A DNA stretch of 64,000 bases from Clostridiales bacterium (GCA_012523405.1 JAAYIN010000045.1:8285-72284), one strand, 5' to 3'; shown: positions 36,773 through 47,022, numbered from the stretch's first letter. Notes: a model not told the origin generated them from the sequence alone. Numbers and translations: made by a program.

Positions 36773-38278
36773 TCAATTATCGAGTGAATCAGCAATCGAT
36801 TGCCAGAAGGATACCATCTCATCCATGCCGTTATCAATCAGGCCTTGCCTGAACTGAGAAACGGTTTCATCAGTGATCTGGGTTTGACCTAGAATAAACT
36901 TGGAGATGCTCTCGTCAACAAAAGCACCGAGCTCATTTTGAAGGACGAGTACCTCAGCGCGTTGTTGGGTGGTGAGGGTGTAGGTGGGGAAAGGCTGCTT
37001 AACATAGGGGGTGAGCTTGCTCAGCTCGCTATTGATGCGCCTGACGGATTCCTCTGCATATTGATTATAGAAATCCATTGGGAACAGCCATGGCATTTCG
37101 CCGCTGTCGTAGATGCTCAGCTCGTTAATGGTGGTGGTAGAGAGGCTTTCAATGCCGCCCTTCCATTGCCAAAAGCCGTCCTCATCAACGATGTAGGCAT
37201 CGCCTTCCTTGCCTAGCATCGCTTCGATTGCGCCTTCCTCCGTATAGAGGATATCAATCCATTGGAGCAGCGCGGCAGGATCGGATGCGGCGGAGGTGAT
37301 GGCAAATGTACCGCGCGTGATGGGTCCGACTAAATCGCGGTAGATCTGCGTGCCTTCATAAACAAAGGGCTCAACAGCAACAAAATTAGTTGCCATGCTA
37401 AAGGGCAGGAGATTGACGGGGGTGGGGGAGAAGAACGCGCCATAGGTCAGCGTCGCTTCTTCATCCGTAATGCGCCTTAGGGTATCGGCGGTGCGAAAGC
37501 CGCTTTGATCCAGAAGCTTTGCTTCATACATGTCGCGAAGGTCTGTGATCATGTCAATGAAGCTATCCTCATTTGGCCAAAATTGGACCTTGCCGCTGTC
37601 ATCCAGATAGGTGTTGTAGTCAGTGATGACCACGCCATAGGCATGCGATAAGAATTTGAGCTCCCAAGGACCCATAAAGGTCAGAGGAACTTCATCTTGC
37701 TTGCCGTTGCCGTTTGGATCGTTATGGAGGAATGACGAAAGCACATCCTTGAGGGAAGCCATATCGGCGGGCATCTCAAGGGATAGCTTATCCAACCATG
37801 CCTGATTGATCCAAAGCACATTCTGGGTGGGTACGGGCTGAATGGCTGGCAGTGCACCGATCTTTCCGTTGGGCAATGTGATGGATGTAAGCCAGTCGGG
37901 GTATGCTTCAAGCAACGCCCAAAGATTGGGGGCATGCTCGGGCAGAAGGGGGAGCAGATCGACGATCTGTCCGCTGTCCGTGTAGCGAATCAGTTCATCT
38001 GTGCTCAGGGAAGCTTTAAACAGTACATCGGCTAGTTCGCCAGTGCTAAACATGGTGTCCTTAGCGGTTTGCCATTCGTCGATTTTTGTGTACTGATCAA
38101 AGGTGAAGGAGATTCCTGTCCGCTCCTGCATACGGGTAAAAAATAGGTTAGTGGACCATACGTGTTGGCTATCAGTGCCGTCAAAGCCTGCCATGGTAAA
38201 ACCCTGCTCTGCAAAACAAAGAGAGGGTAGAAGCACAAGCAGCAAGCACATGAGGCAACACAGCGTGCGTCGAAACAT
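36773..38278 (-). CDS. Extracellular solute-binding protein (LplA-like), no adjacent permease genes
   Basis: GGAGG lies 7 nt upstream of the ATG at 38278. Signal peptide MFRRTLCCLMCLLLVLLPSLCFA. Confidence 0.85.
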   Translation of the reverse strand: MFRRTLCCLMCLLLVLLPSLCFAEQGFTMAGFDGTDSQHVWSTNLFFTRMQERTGISFTFDQYTKIDEWQTAKDTMFSTGELADVLFKASLSTDELIRYTDSGQIVDLLPLLPEHAPNLWALLEAYPDWLTSITLPNGKIGALPAIQPVPTQNVLWINQAWLDKLSLEMPADMASLKDVLSSFLHNDPNGNGKQDEVPLTFMGPWELKFLSHAYGVVITDYNTYLDDSGKVQFWPNEDSFIDMITDLRDMYEAKLLDQSGFRTADTLRRITDEEATLTYGAFFSPTPVNLLPFSMATNFVAVEPFVYEGTQIYRDLVGPITRGTFAITSAASDPAALLQWIDILYTEEGAIEAMLGKEGDAYIVDEDGFWQWKGGIESLSTTTINELSIYDSGEMPWLFPMDFYNQYAEESVRRINSELSKLTPYVKQPFPTYTLTTQQRAEVLVLQNELGAFVDESISKFILGQTQITDETVSQFRQGLIDNGMDEMVSFWQSIADSLDN

Positions 38279-38405
38279 GATTTCGCCTCCATTTTCATAC
38301 ATCATGCACTTCTATTGGGGTATAAAAATGCATTTTCCATTTCATCATTATACCTTATTGTTAAAGTTTTGCAAAGTATTTAAGAGGCATTTGCCAAATT
38401 GGACA

Positions 38406-40112
38406 TCATGCACTGATATCGTTGTTTGCAATACAGGCCTGTACTTCATGATTGCCAATGCTTTCCAGAGAAAGGAGCATGGCGGTGATGTCCTCCCACG
38501 CGGCTGCATAGCGCGATAAAACACTTGCGGCGAGATTTTGACCTAACTTGAGCCACTGCTGAGCTGCCTGATCCTTTTGTGACTGAGAGAAGAGGTAGAC
38601 ATCATCGCTTTGAGGAAGCATGCCCCATTCGTTTACCATACGCATGGCGAGGGAGGTGGCTTTTTCGATATCATTGGATGCGCCCGTGCTCACGCGTTCA
38701 CTGCCAAGCAACAAAGCCTCTGCTTCGCGTCCGCCAAGCGCGACGGCGATATGATGGAGAAGCTCTTGCTTTTGGTGAAACATCCGCTCGGGCGCAATGG
38801 CCATGCTGTATCCAGCTGCGCCTTTTCCCGTTGGGACAATCGATACCTTTTTGATATTGCTTTCGGGGAGCAAAATAGCGGTTAGGAGTGCATGCCCTGC
38901 TTCGTGGGCGGCGGTGATTTCACGCTCGCGCTCAATGCTGGCGATGCCGTGCCTGTCCATGCCAAAGAGCATGTGGTCCATCGCGCGGTTGACATCCTCT
39001 GTCTCGATGGATTCGGCGTTTCTCTTGGCAGCGAGTATCGCTGCTTCATTGAGCACGCTTTCAAGTTTTGCGCCTGAAAAAAGAGCGGTTTGGGAAGCGA
39101 GGTCCTTGAGGGAGACATCCTTTGCCATGGGTTTGTTCTGTGCGTGAACGGTCAGAATTTTCACGCGCTCCTCAAGCCCTGGAAGCGGAACTTCGATATG
39201 CCGATCAAAACGACCTGCACGAAGGAGCGCTTCATCAAGGGTATCGATTCGGTTGGTTGCGGCAAGCACAACGATCCCGTCTTGGTCGCGAAAACCACTC
39301 ATCTCTGAGAGCAGCGCGTTGAGTGTCTGTTCGCGTTCATCACTTCTGTTGTCGCGCTTTTTGCCGATGGCGTCGATCTCGTCAATGAATATGACCGCGT
39401 TGCCGGCCTTGCGCGCTTGTTTGAATAGGGAGCGAATGCGGCTAGCGCCAACGCCCACATACATTTCCACAAAGTCTGCGCCGTTTACCGCAAAGAACGG
39501 AACGCCTGCTTCACCTGCAAGTGCACGCGCCATCAGTGTTTTGCCTGTGCCGGGCATGCCATAGAGCATGACACCGCGAGGGATGCGTGCGCCAAATCGG
39601 TTGTAATGCTCGGGAGACTGAATAAAGCTGAGCAAATCGCGAAGACTTTCAAGTGCTTCCTCGTTTGCTGCTACATCGTCAAATTTGATGGATGGCACCG
39701 TGCTTTCTTTGGCATGACCAATGCTGCCAATGAATCCGCGTTCGCTTTGGCGATTCTTTTTTTTCAAATAAAATGCACCCAGCAGCACAGCCGCGAGCAA
39801 AACGGCATACCCCACAGCATCGCCTGTATTTTCCGTAACGGAAGCGCCGCTGAGCAGCAGCATATGCTTGAAGTTATCCATGCGAGGGTTATCAAAGGTC
39901 AGTGAATGACCCTCTGTATCTTTTGCGGTCAGGGTTTGAGAAGTTGTTAAGTTCACCTCTGCAATCTCGCCGCTTGTGAGTTTTTCCAAAAACGCAGGAT
40001 ACGTTATATGCTGCGCGGGCATCTCTTGTGAACGCCATTTGATGACGGCGAGAGTCATGCACATCAAAGCAACGAGCGCGATAGATATGATGCGCTGTGT
40101 TTTTTGTTGCAT
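38406..40112 (-). CDS. ftsH: FtsH-family ATP-dependent zinc metalloprotease (short form)
   Basis: GGAGG lies 8 nt upstream of the ATG at 40112. Two TM helices, Walker A GMPGTGKT, Walker B VIFIDEIDA, SRH ATNRIDTLDEALLRAGRFDR, and the HEAGHAL zinc site. Confidence 0.85.
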   Translation of the reverse strand: MQQKTQRIISIALVALMCMTLAVIKWRSQEMPAQHITYPAFLEKLTSGEIAEVNLTTSQTLTAKDTEGHSLTFDNPRMDNFKHMLLLSGASVTENTGDAVGYAVLLAAVLLGAFYLKKKNRQSERGFIGSIGHAKESTVPSIKFDDVAANEEALESLRDLLSFIQSPEHYNRFGARIPRGVMLYGMPGTGKTLMARALAGEAGVPFFAVNGADFVEMYVGVGASRIRSLFKQARKAGNAVIFIDEIDAIGKKRDNRSDEREQTLNALLSEMSGFRDQDGIVVLAATNRIDTLDEALLRAGRFDRHIEVPLPGLEERVKILTVHAQNKPMAKDVSLKDLASQTALFSGAKLESVLNEAAILAAKRNAESIETEDVNRAMDHMLFGMDRHGIASIEREREITAAHEAGHALLTAILLPESNIKKVSIVPTGKGAAGYSMAIAPERMFHQKQELLHHIAVALGGREAEALLLGSERVSTGASNDIEKATSLAMRMVNEWGMLPQSDDVYLFSQSQKDQAAQQWLKLGQNLAASVLSRYAAAWEDITAMLLSLESIGNHEVQACIANNDISA

Positions 40113-40292
40113 ACAGATCACCTCCAAATTTGTTCCGTTTTAAGTATACACAAAGAATTTGTGATGTGTAAATGGTACATATTGTTGCAAATACCATGGT
40201 TTTTGTAGCTCAAAAAAGAGCATAGTAACCACGAGCAATGCGCGGCAACTGTTTGATGAATGTGAAAAGTCAGCCGCTTTGGGGGTAATTGG

Positions 40293-43200
40293 ATGAAGAA
40301 ATCGAAGCGCAGGCAAATTCAAGTGCAGCAAGACCCTGATGAAATGCCTCGGCAGGAGCAGGATGAGCCCGTAGAAGCTGAAGCGGAGGGCACAGAAAAT
40401 GCTGATGAGCAGGTGACGATAAGGTCTGGCGGGCGAAAAGCACGTAAAAAGGCAAAAATGGAAGAACGCAAGGCGGCAAAGTCATTTGATAGCGAAGATG
40501 CATCGCTGGATGAGACGATCCGTGACTTGCCTCAGCCGCTTGAGGAAATGCATGCTAGGCGAAAGGCCATGCCGGAACTCATGCGCGAGAAACCGCAGGA
40601 TGTGTTTGCGGATGAAATCGAAGATGAGACGGGGGATGAAGTTGCTGGCGGAGATCAGCCGCTGGAATCGCCTGATCATCAGGATGAAGCGAATGACTCT
40701 GAGCCTCAGGAGCCAGAGGAGAACGATGAAGAAAACAAACCTGAAAAATCACCTCGAAAGCGCAAGCGTGATGAAGAGGCGGCGTATTTCTCGCGTGAAT
40801 CGGACCTGAAGAAGCGGACGGCACTGCGATATGCCAGATCACGCCGAAAAGCAGCCAGAGTGCTGCACACGCCCAATATCAACCGCACAGGCGTACCGCG
40901 CAAGAGTCATTTTTTCAGGAATAGCTTCCTAACGGTGCTTAGCCTTGGCGTGATTGTGCTAATCGGGGCGTTCTTTTATTTTGATATGGCCAACTGGCAA
41001 TCACTGGACGTGGATAGGATCACGGCGGCAGCGCAAACAGGGCGCATGTACGACAATGCAGGCGAGCTGATTACGGTGATTAAGGGCGTGGAAAACCGTG
41101 TGGTCATTCCGCTGGAAGAGATTCCGGAGGATATCCAGAATGTCTTTCTGGCGGCGGAGGATTTGCGCTTTTACAAGCATCACGGCATCGACTTTGTGCG
41201 CTTATTTGGTGCAGTGGTCGCAAACGTGAAGGAAGGCGGCTTTGCGCAAGGAGCGAGCACCATCACGATGCAGCTGATACGCCAAAGCCATTTGAGCACA
41301 CAAAAGACGATTGCCAGAAAACTTGAAGAAGTGTACCTTGCGTTTATGCTGGAGCAGTCGATGAGCAAGGACGATATCTTGGCAATGTATCTCAATTACA
41401 TCTATTTTGGCAATGGCGCATACGGTCTGCAAACCGCGGCGCAAACCTATTTTGGTGTGGATGCAAAGGACCTTAGCCTCACGCAAGCGGCTGCGCTTGC
41501 CTCATCCATCAAAGCGCCTAGCTACTATTCGCCCACTGCGAGCGAAAGCAACAACCGCTCCCGCAGGCGATATATTTTGGACACGATGCTAGAGCAAAAG
41601 ATGATCAGTCAGGATGAGCATGATAATGCAGCCAAAGCAGAGCTGGTTTTGGTGAAAAAGCCTGCCGAAGACCTGCCTTATGGATGGTTTGTAGATGCGG
41701 TGTTGGTTGAGGCGGAGAGCATTCTTGGCGTGAGCAGCGATCAGGTGCTGTCAGGCGGCTATACGATTGATACAACCCTTAGCCGAACGCATCAGGAAAC
41801 GCTTGAGAAACAGTTCAAAACCGATGTTTTTCCTGCAAAGGCAAGCGATGGTACAGCGGTGCAGGGCGCGGCGGCATGTGTGAATGTGAAAACAGGCGAA
41901 GTGCTTGCGGTGGTTGGCGGCCGTGAATACACGGTTAGGCGCGGGCTCAATAGGGCAACGCAGCTGCGCCGTCAACCTGGTTCATCGCTGAAGCCGCTTG
42001 TGGTATTCGCGCCTGCGATTGATCGATTTGGCTATATGACGGCAAGTGTGCTCAAAGATGAGCCGATCAACTTCAACGGTTACAAGCCAAGAAACAGCAG
42101 CTACACCTACTATGGCAATGTCAGCATACGATCAGCCATTACCAGCAGTCTAAACGTCTCGACCGTTTCGCTTTTTAATGATATTGGCGTGGCAGCGGGC
42201 AGAGAATACTTGGAGAAGGTCGGTATCCCGCTGGATGCGAGAGATGCGAGCCTATCCCTTGCCCTTGGCAGCATGACCTATGGCGTGTCGCCTGTACAGC
42301 TTGCAGCTGCATATTCACCGTTTGCCAATGGCGGTAAATTCTATTCGCCTCATTTCGTTCGCAAAATCACTGATCCAACAGGGCGCGTGGTGTACCAAAA
42401 CAGAGATTCTGGCACAAGGGTGATCAAGGAAACCACATCCTTTTTGATGACCAGCTTGCTTCAATCGGTCACTTCGTCGGGTACAGGCGCAAAGCTATCG
42501 GGCGCAGGAACGCCTGTAGCAGGTAAAACAGGTACGGTCAATATGACGGGCGGCGGCAACCGCGACATTTGGATGGCGGCATACAATAGCGAGATTTCAA
42601 CGGCATTTTGGATGGGCTTTGACGAATCCGACAGCAAACACAAGATGCAAAGCTGGGTCAGCGGCGGTGATAACACGGCTGCGATGGCGCGCAATTACTT
42701 CAAGGCGCTGTATCAAAACAGGAGCAAGCCGCAGTTTGCGTCTGCTCCCAAGGGTATCGTTGCACTTGAAATTGACAAGCAAGCAATCAAATGGCGTGGC
42801 GAAGCGATGCTTGCGGTGGATGTGACCCCCAAAGCCTATCGATATACGGAGTATTTCACTTCGGACAATCGCCCCACCAGAAAGAGCGATGTGTGGACAC
42901 CGCCTCGTTCAGCAAACAAATTCACGGTTGGGCATAGTGATCAGGGCTATCCGCAGCTGATGATTCAGCCGTCGGATACGGCGATCTACCGCGTACAGCG
43001 CGATACGGAGGGCGAGAGCTTTATCCTAACCGAACTATACGGTTCTGCCGGCGAAACCCTCTACTACACCGACACGTCCGCGCGGGCAGGCATCGTCTAC
43101 ACCTACCGCGTCATTCCGGTGCATGCGGAGCTTCTCAACAACGGCGTACTGCTGGAAGGTGTGCAGTCGGTGCAGGTGGCACAGGCGAGGATATCAGGCG

Positions 43201-43325
43201 GGCAGAGCATTTGGGACAGTGTCTTGGATTTCTTTGGCGGAGGGAAAACGGCAGAGGTTGAGCAAGATGTGGTGGAGAGCATGACGGAAAATCAAACATC
43301 GATCTTTTGGAACAACGCGCCGTAG
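40293..43325 (+). CDS. Class A penicillin-binding protein (glycosyltransferase plus transpeptidase) with a long charged N-terminal tail
   Basis: GT51 motifs AAEDLRFYKHHGID and GASTITMQL. Transpeptidase motifs SSLKP, SLN and KTGT. The C-terminus is Fn3-like. Confidence 0.9.
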   Translation: MKKSKRRQIQVQQDPDEMPRQEQDEPVEAEAEGTENADEQVTIRSGGRKARKKAKMEERKAAKSFDSEDASLDETIRDLPQPLEEMHARRKAMPELMREKPQDVFADEIEDETGDEVAGGDQPLESPDHQDEANDSEPQEPEENDEENKPEKSPRKRKRDEEAAYFSRESDLKKRTALRYARSRRKAARVLHTPNINRTGVPRKSHFFRNSFLTVLSLGVIVLIGAFFYFDMANWQSLDVDRITAAAQTGRMYDNAGELITVIKGVENRVVIPLEEIPEDIQNVFLAAEDLRFYKHHGIDFVRLFGAVVANVKEGGFAQGASTITMQLIRQSHLSTQKTIARKLEEVYLAFMLEQSMSKDDILAMYLNYIYFGNGAYGLQTAAQTYFGVDAKDLSLTQAAALASSIKAPSYYSPTASESNNRSRRRYILDTMLEQKMISQDEHDNAAKAELVLVKKPAEDLPYGWFVDAVLVEAESILGVSSDQVLSGGYTIDTTLSRTHQETLEKQFKTDVFPAKASDGTAVQGAAACVNVKTGEVLAVVGGREYTVRRGLNRATQLRRQPGSSLKPLVVFAPAIDRFGYMTASVLKDEPINFNGYKPRNSSYTYYGNVSIRSAITSSLNVSTVSLFNDIGVAAGREYLEKVGIPLDARDASLSLALGSMTYGVSPVQLAAAYSPFANGGKFYSPHFVRKITDPTGRVVYQNRDSGTRVIKETTSFLMTSLLQSVTSSGTGAKLSGAGTPVAGKTGTVNMTGGGNRDIWMAAYNSEISTAFWMGFDESDSKHKMQSWVSGGDNTAAMARNYFKALYQNRSKPQFASAPKGIVALEIDKQAIKWRGEAMLAVDVTPKAYRYTEYFTSDNRPTRKSDVWTPPRSANKFTVGHSDQGYPQLMIQPSDTAIYRVQRDTEGESFILTELYGSAGETLYYTDTSARAGIVYTYRVIPVHAELLNNGVLLEGVQSVQVAQARISGGQSIWDSVLDFFGGGKTAEVEQDVVESMTENQTSIFWNNAP

Positions 43326-43344
43326 ATCAAAATGCGGACATATG

Positions 43345-43377
43345 AAAAAAGGAAGTCTTTAAAGGACTTCCTTTTTT
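43345..43377 (+). terminator. Rho-independent terminator after the PBP gene
   Basis: Stem ggaagtc/gacttcc with flanking A/T extension, followed by TTTTTT. Confidence 0.8.
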
Positions 43378-43443
43378 CGTGTTTTGCATGAGTGGTGATG
43401 TGCTATAATGTACATACAACCATAATCAAGGGAGGGAATATAA

Positions 43444-43821
43444 ATGATTGATTTTCAAAATGCGAACTATCTCAAACTGAAAGCTGTTGCCCTCAATTCA
43501 TTTGAAAAGATGATTGCGCCCATGCTGGTTCAGGGCGAACAAATCATTGATGCATTCCAATCCGTGCGCGATGGTATTGTGTTCACAAACAAGCGCATAA
43601 TCGCGATCAATGTACAAGGCTTAACTGGTAAAAAGCGTGATTTCACTTCTCTTCCATACAATAAGATTCAATCTTTTTCTGTTGAAACAGCTGGCGTCAT
43701 GGATCTGGACAGTGAGCTAATCCTGTGGTTTTCAGGCATGGGCATGATCAAGTTTGAATTCACAGGCGGGTCAGATGTTTTTGGAATCGCTCGCATGATC
43801 TCTGGATTCGTGCTGGGGTAA
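43444..43821 (+). CDS. Bacterial PH-domain protein (YokE-like)
   Basis: GGGAGGG RBS. 125 aa. The block VFTNKRIIAINVQGLTGKKRDFTSLPYNKIQSFSVET is typical of bPH domains. Confidence 0.7.
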   Translation: MIDFQNANYLKLKAVALNSFEKMIAPMLVQGEQIIDAFQSVRDGIVFTNKRIIAINVQGLTGKKRDFTSLPYNKIQSFSVETAGVMDLDSELILWFSGMGMIKFEFTGGSDVFGIARMISGFVLG

Positions 43822-43842
43822 AGCTTGTAGGAGCTAAAACGC

Positions 43843-43870
43843 GCGGGCGGCTTTTAGTCGCCCGCTTTTT
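43843..43870 (+). terminator. Rho-independent terminator after the PH-domain gene
   Basis: Stem gcgggcg/cgcccgc followed by TTTTT. Confidence 0.75.
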
Positions 43871-43872
43871 GT

Positions 43873-43912
43873 ATGAAGAAAAGCCGCTCGATCCCTTAGG
43901 ATCAAGCGGCTT
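43873..43912 (-). terminator. Rho-independent terminator after the IclR gene
   Basis: 14-bp stem aagccgcttgatcc/ggatcgagcggctt on the - strand (one G-U pair), then TTTTCTT. Confidence 0.7.
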
Positions 43913-43975
43913 GCGTTATAAGGATGTTATCTGGCAGCGGTGATAAACAAAGCAATAATAGCGATTGAAATCTTC

Positions 43976-44767
43976 TTACTCCTCGTCTTGTGTATCATCG
44001 CATGCCCCTGTAATCTTTGTGGTGACTTTATCAGCAATGCTGCATAGCAAAGGTGCAAATTCAGTCTCATAAAGCAGCTTGGACATGCGTGAGATTGGAC
44101 CGGATATGCTGATGGCAGCACAAACGCGATCCATCACGTCATAAACCGGAACGGCAATGCAGCGCATGCCGATTTCGCATTCCTCATCATCAATAGCATA
44201 CCCGCGTTCTTTGCACTCTTTTAGTTCATACTGAAGGTCTTTTTTTGTTGTAATGGTATGCGGCGTGAGGGATAACAGACCTGCATCTTCGATATAGCGA
44301 TCCAGTTCCTCCTCGGTGTATTGCATCAAAAACAGCTTACCGCTGCCCGTGCAGTGCATTTTGCCAGAGTGACCAACCTGCTGGCGAATGGTGATCATGT
44401 TGCCGCGTCCCTCGATCACGTCGATGTAGCGTACCTTGTGATGATCTTCAATCGCAAGGCAGCAGGACTCTCCTGTAACCTGCGAGATTTGACCAAGGTA
44501 TGGATGGGCGATATCACGTATGCTGAAATGAGCCGCAGCCATTTGACCAATTTTCAAAAAACGCATTGTCAGCCCATAGCGGCAAGGTTCTTCCTCTTCT
44601 TGATAAGCGTAGCCCATGCATACAAGTGTCTTCGCCATTCTGAGGACAGTGCTGGCGGGCATAGAAACCATTTTTGATAATTCTGACAAGCGCAAGGGTG
44701 TGCTGGACTGCGCCAAGGCTTCGATAATTTTAAGTGTCTTTTCTACAGAATGATTACGGTTAGTCAT
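43976..44767 (-). CDS. IclR-family transcriptional regulator
   Basis: GGAGG lies upstream of the ATG at 44767. N-terminal wHTH (VEKTLKIIEALAQSSTPLRLSELSKMVSMPASTVLRMAKTL) and a C-terminal IclR effector domain. Confidence 0.9.
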   Translation of the reverse strand: MTNRNHSVEKTLKIIEALAQSSTPLRLSELSKMVSMPASTVLRMAKTLVCMGYAYQEEEEPCRYGLTMRFLKIGQMAAAHFSIRDIAHPYLGQISQVTGESCCLAIEDHHKVRYIDVIEGRGNMITIRQQVGHSGKMHCTGSGKLFLMQYTEEELDRYIEDAGLLSLTPHTITTKKDLQYELKECKERGYAIDDEECEIGMRCIAVPVYDVMDRVCAAISISGPISRMSKLLYETEFAPLLCSIADKVTTKITGACDDTQDEE

Positions 44768-45157
44768 TGAGTGTTTTCCTCCAATTAATCCCTTATATTG
44801 CGAAATATGCATGTCGTTTTCCGTATTGATATGCGGGTCATCGCCGTGTGTTTTGCCGATCAGCTAGCTATAAAAATTCGTTTTGATAGCTAAGCAGGCT
44901 TATGAGTTTCATTAATTATAATTCTATTTCATTTATACTATGATATCTGGGTTCTGTCAAGCATTGATGGGTAAATATTGTAATTATTTGCTAGGTTTTG
45001 GTATTTGTACTACAATTGGGGAAATTCAAACCGATGATTATATTGATATCACATCATATCTCAAATGAATGTCTTGATTGTTGTGTGTGAAGTATTTCAC
45101 TCGATATAATCAAATGCGAAATCATATTATAATCATGATATTTCCATCATGGATAGG

Positions 45158-45187
45158 TTGACATTCATCAGTTATTTGTGTTAATAT
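45158..45187 (+). promoter_or_regulatory. Candidate sigma-A promoter of the ThDP-enzyme gene
   Basis: TTGACA (45158-45163), 18-nt spacer, TAATAT (45182-45187). Confidence 0.5.
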
Positions 45188-45202
45188 AAATCATAAACGT
45201 CG

Positions 45203-45217
45203 TTTCATTAAATGAAA
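45203..45217. promoter_or_regulatory. Palindromic operator candidate TTTCAT-TAA-ATGAAA
   Basis: Perfect 6+3+6 inverted repeat 16 nt downstream of the predicted -10. The same core occurs at 54141-54155. Confidence 0.5.
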
Positions 45218-45297
45218 TCATATTGTCTTTTTAAAGGTTATCACATCAAGAGAACAACAACAAATTACATCGTTAACGTAAATAGTGGGAGGATACC

Positions 45298-46998
45298 GTG
45301 TTGAAAATAACAGTTTCGGAAGCTCTGGTTCAAATTCTGGTTAAGGAAGGCGTGACAACAGCCTTCGGCATTCCCGGTGCTGCGATTAATCCGGTTTATA
45401 AGTATTTAGAGAATGCGCCTATTGAACACTATACAATGCGTCATGAGGAAGCCTGTGTACATGCGGCTGATGGCTATTACCGTGCGAAGCACGAAATCGC
45501 GATCGCTATTTGTTCCGCTGGACCTGGTGCGACGAACTTCGTTACTGGCCTATATACAGCGTTGATCGATTCTATGCCTGTTTTCGCTATCGTCGGTCAG
45601 GCGAACAGCAATCAACTCACACAGGAGCCTTTCCAGTGTGTCGATATGCCGCAAATCGCGAAGACCGTTACCAAAAAAGCTTGGAGTCTGCATACCCCGC
45701 AGGATTTGCCTGCGATGGTCAAGGAAGCCTTCTATGTGATGCGCAGCGGTCGACCTGGCCCTGTGCTCTTGGAGTTACCCCTAGATATGCAAAAAGCAGA
45801 GATTGACTTTGATATTGATGATTATCTGCCTGCTGAAATTCCCGTTGCTGCTCCTGCAGCTGAGGATATCGACAAGGCTGTTTTGATCCTTAAGAATGCC
45901 AAAGCCCCCGTCATCATCATGGGCGGCGGATGCGTGCTATCCGATTGCACCGCAGATGTCGTTGCGCTTGCTGAATATCTTCAGGCTCCGGTCATCACCA
46001 CCTATATGGCAAAGGGCGGCATTCCCGTGCAGCACCCGCTCAATGCAGGGCATATGGGCATACAGGTAGGTCAACCGATTGGCAACCGCGTATTCCTTGA
46101 TTCGGACGTAGTGCTGGGCATTGGTTGCCGCTTCTCAGATCGCCATACGGGTGATCTTGAAACTTATTGCAAGGGACGTACATTCATTCATATCAACATT
46201 GAGGAGTCGCAAATCGGGTTGGTGTTTAAGCCAGACCTCGGGATCGTGTCGGATGCGAAGCTTGCAACAGCCGCGTTGTTATCAGCGGTTAAGAAAGCTG
46301 GCCTCAAGCCTGTAAATCAGGAGTACGTTAAAGCTCTTCCTGCGCTTCGCAAGGAACTTGCTCGCAAGACCGATTATGACTGCGCGCCCATGATGCCTCA
46401 CCGTGTTTTTCAAGAGGTCAACGAAGCATTTGATACAAATACCACCTATTTCACATCAGGCTGTGGAATTACGCAGATTTGGAGCGGTCAGTTGCAGGAC
46501 ATCAACGCAGCAGGCATGTATCTGCCTTCAGGCGGCGCAGGTACGCTTGGGTTTGAGATCCCTGCTTTACTGGGCATTAAGGTGGCTAAGCCGGATCACA
46601 CTGCCGTAACGGTGGTTGGCGATTTTGGACTGACATTCATGGGTGAAGAAATCGCAGTCGCCTCTGTTTATCAAAAGCCGATCATTGTGATCGTGCTGAA
46701 TAATGCTTATCTCGGCTTGATTCGTCAAAACCAAAAGGGTTACGGATTTGAGTATGCCGTGGATATGCCTTACAATCAGGATGGCACAATCGACTATGTG
46801 AAGCTTGGCGAGGCATATGGCTGCAATGCAGAGCGAGTGTTCTCTCCCAAGGAGCTTAGGGATGCTTTGATTCGCGCAAAAGCATCATCCGAGGCATCGG
46901 GAAGAAGTTATCTGATTGATGCGATTTGCGTCAAAACCCAGCTTTGTGACATGGGTGGTTCCATCGCTAATATCAAGTCTTGGGCACCAGAAGTGTAA
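45298..46998 (+). CDS. Thiamine-diphosphate enzyme, glyoxylate carboligase / acetolactate synthase family
   Basis: Blocks GIPGAAINP, MRSGRPGPVLLELP, GIGCRFSDRHTGDLETYCKGRTFIHINIE..QIG...PDLGIVSDAK, GDFGLTF and NNAYLGLIRQNQ. From memory these track E. coli Gcl closely. RHEE keeps the cofactor-activating Glu. Confidence 0.85.
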   Translation: MLKITVSEALVQILVKEGVTTAFGIPGAAINPVYKYLENAPIEHYTMRHEEACVHAADGYYRAKHEIAIAICSAGPGATNFVTGLYTALIDSMPVFAIVGQANSNQLTQEPFQCVDMPQIAKTVTKKAWSLHTPQDLPAMVKEAFYVMRSGRPGPVLLELPLDMQKAEIDFDIDDYLPAEIPVAAPAAEDIDKAVLILKNAKAPVIIMGGGCVLSDCTADVVALAEYLQAPVITTYMAKGGIPVQHPLNAGHMGIQVGQPIGNRVFLDSDVVLGIGCRFSDRHTGDLETYCKGRTFIHINIEESQIGLVFKPDLGIVSDAKLATAALLSAVKKAGLKPVNQEYVKALPALRKELARKTDYDCAPMMPHRVFQEVNEAFDTNTTYFTSGCGITQIWSGQLQDINAAGMYLPSGGAGTLGFEIPALLGIKVAKPDHTAVTVVGDFGLTFMGEEIAVASVYQKPIIVIVLNNAYLGLIRQNQKGYGFEYAVDMPYNQDGTIDYVKLGEAYGCNAERVFSPKELRDALIRAKASSEASGRSYLIDAICVKTQLCDMGGSIANIKSWAPEV

Positions 46999-47022
46999 TT
47001 GAATCGTGTTTTTCATCTTGAC

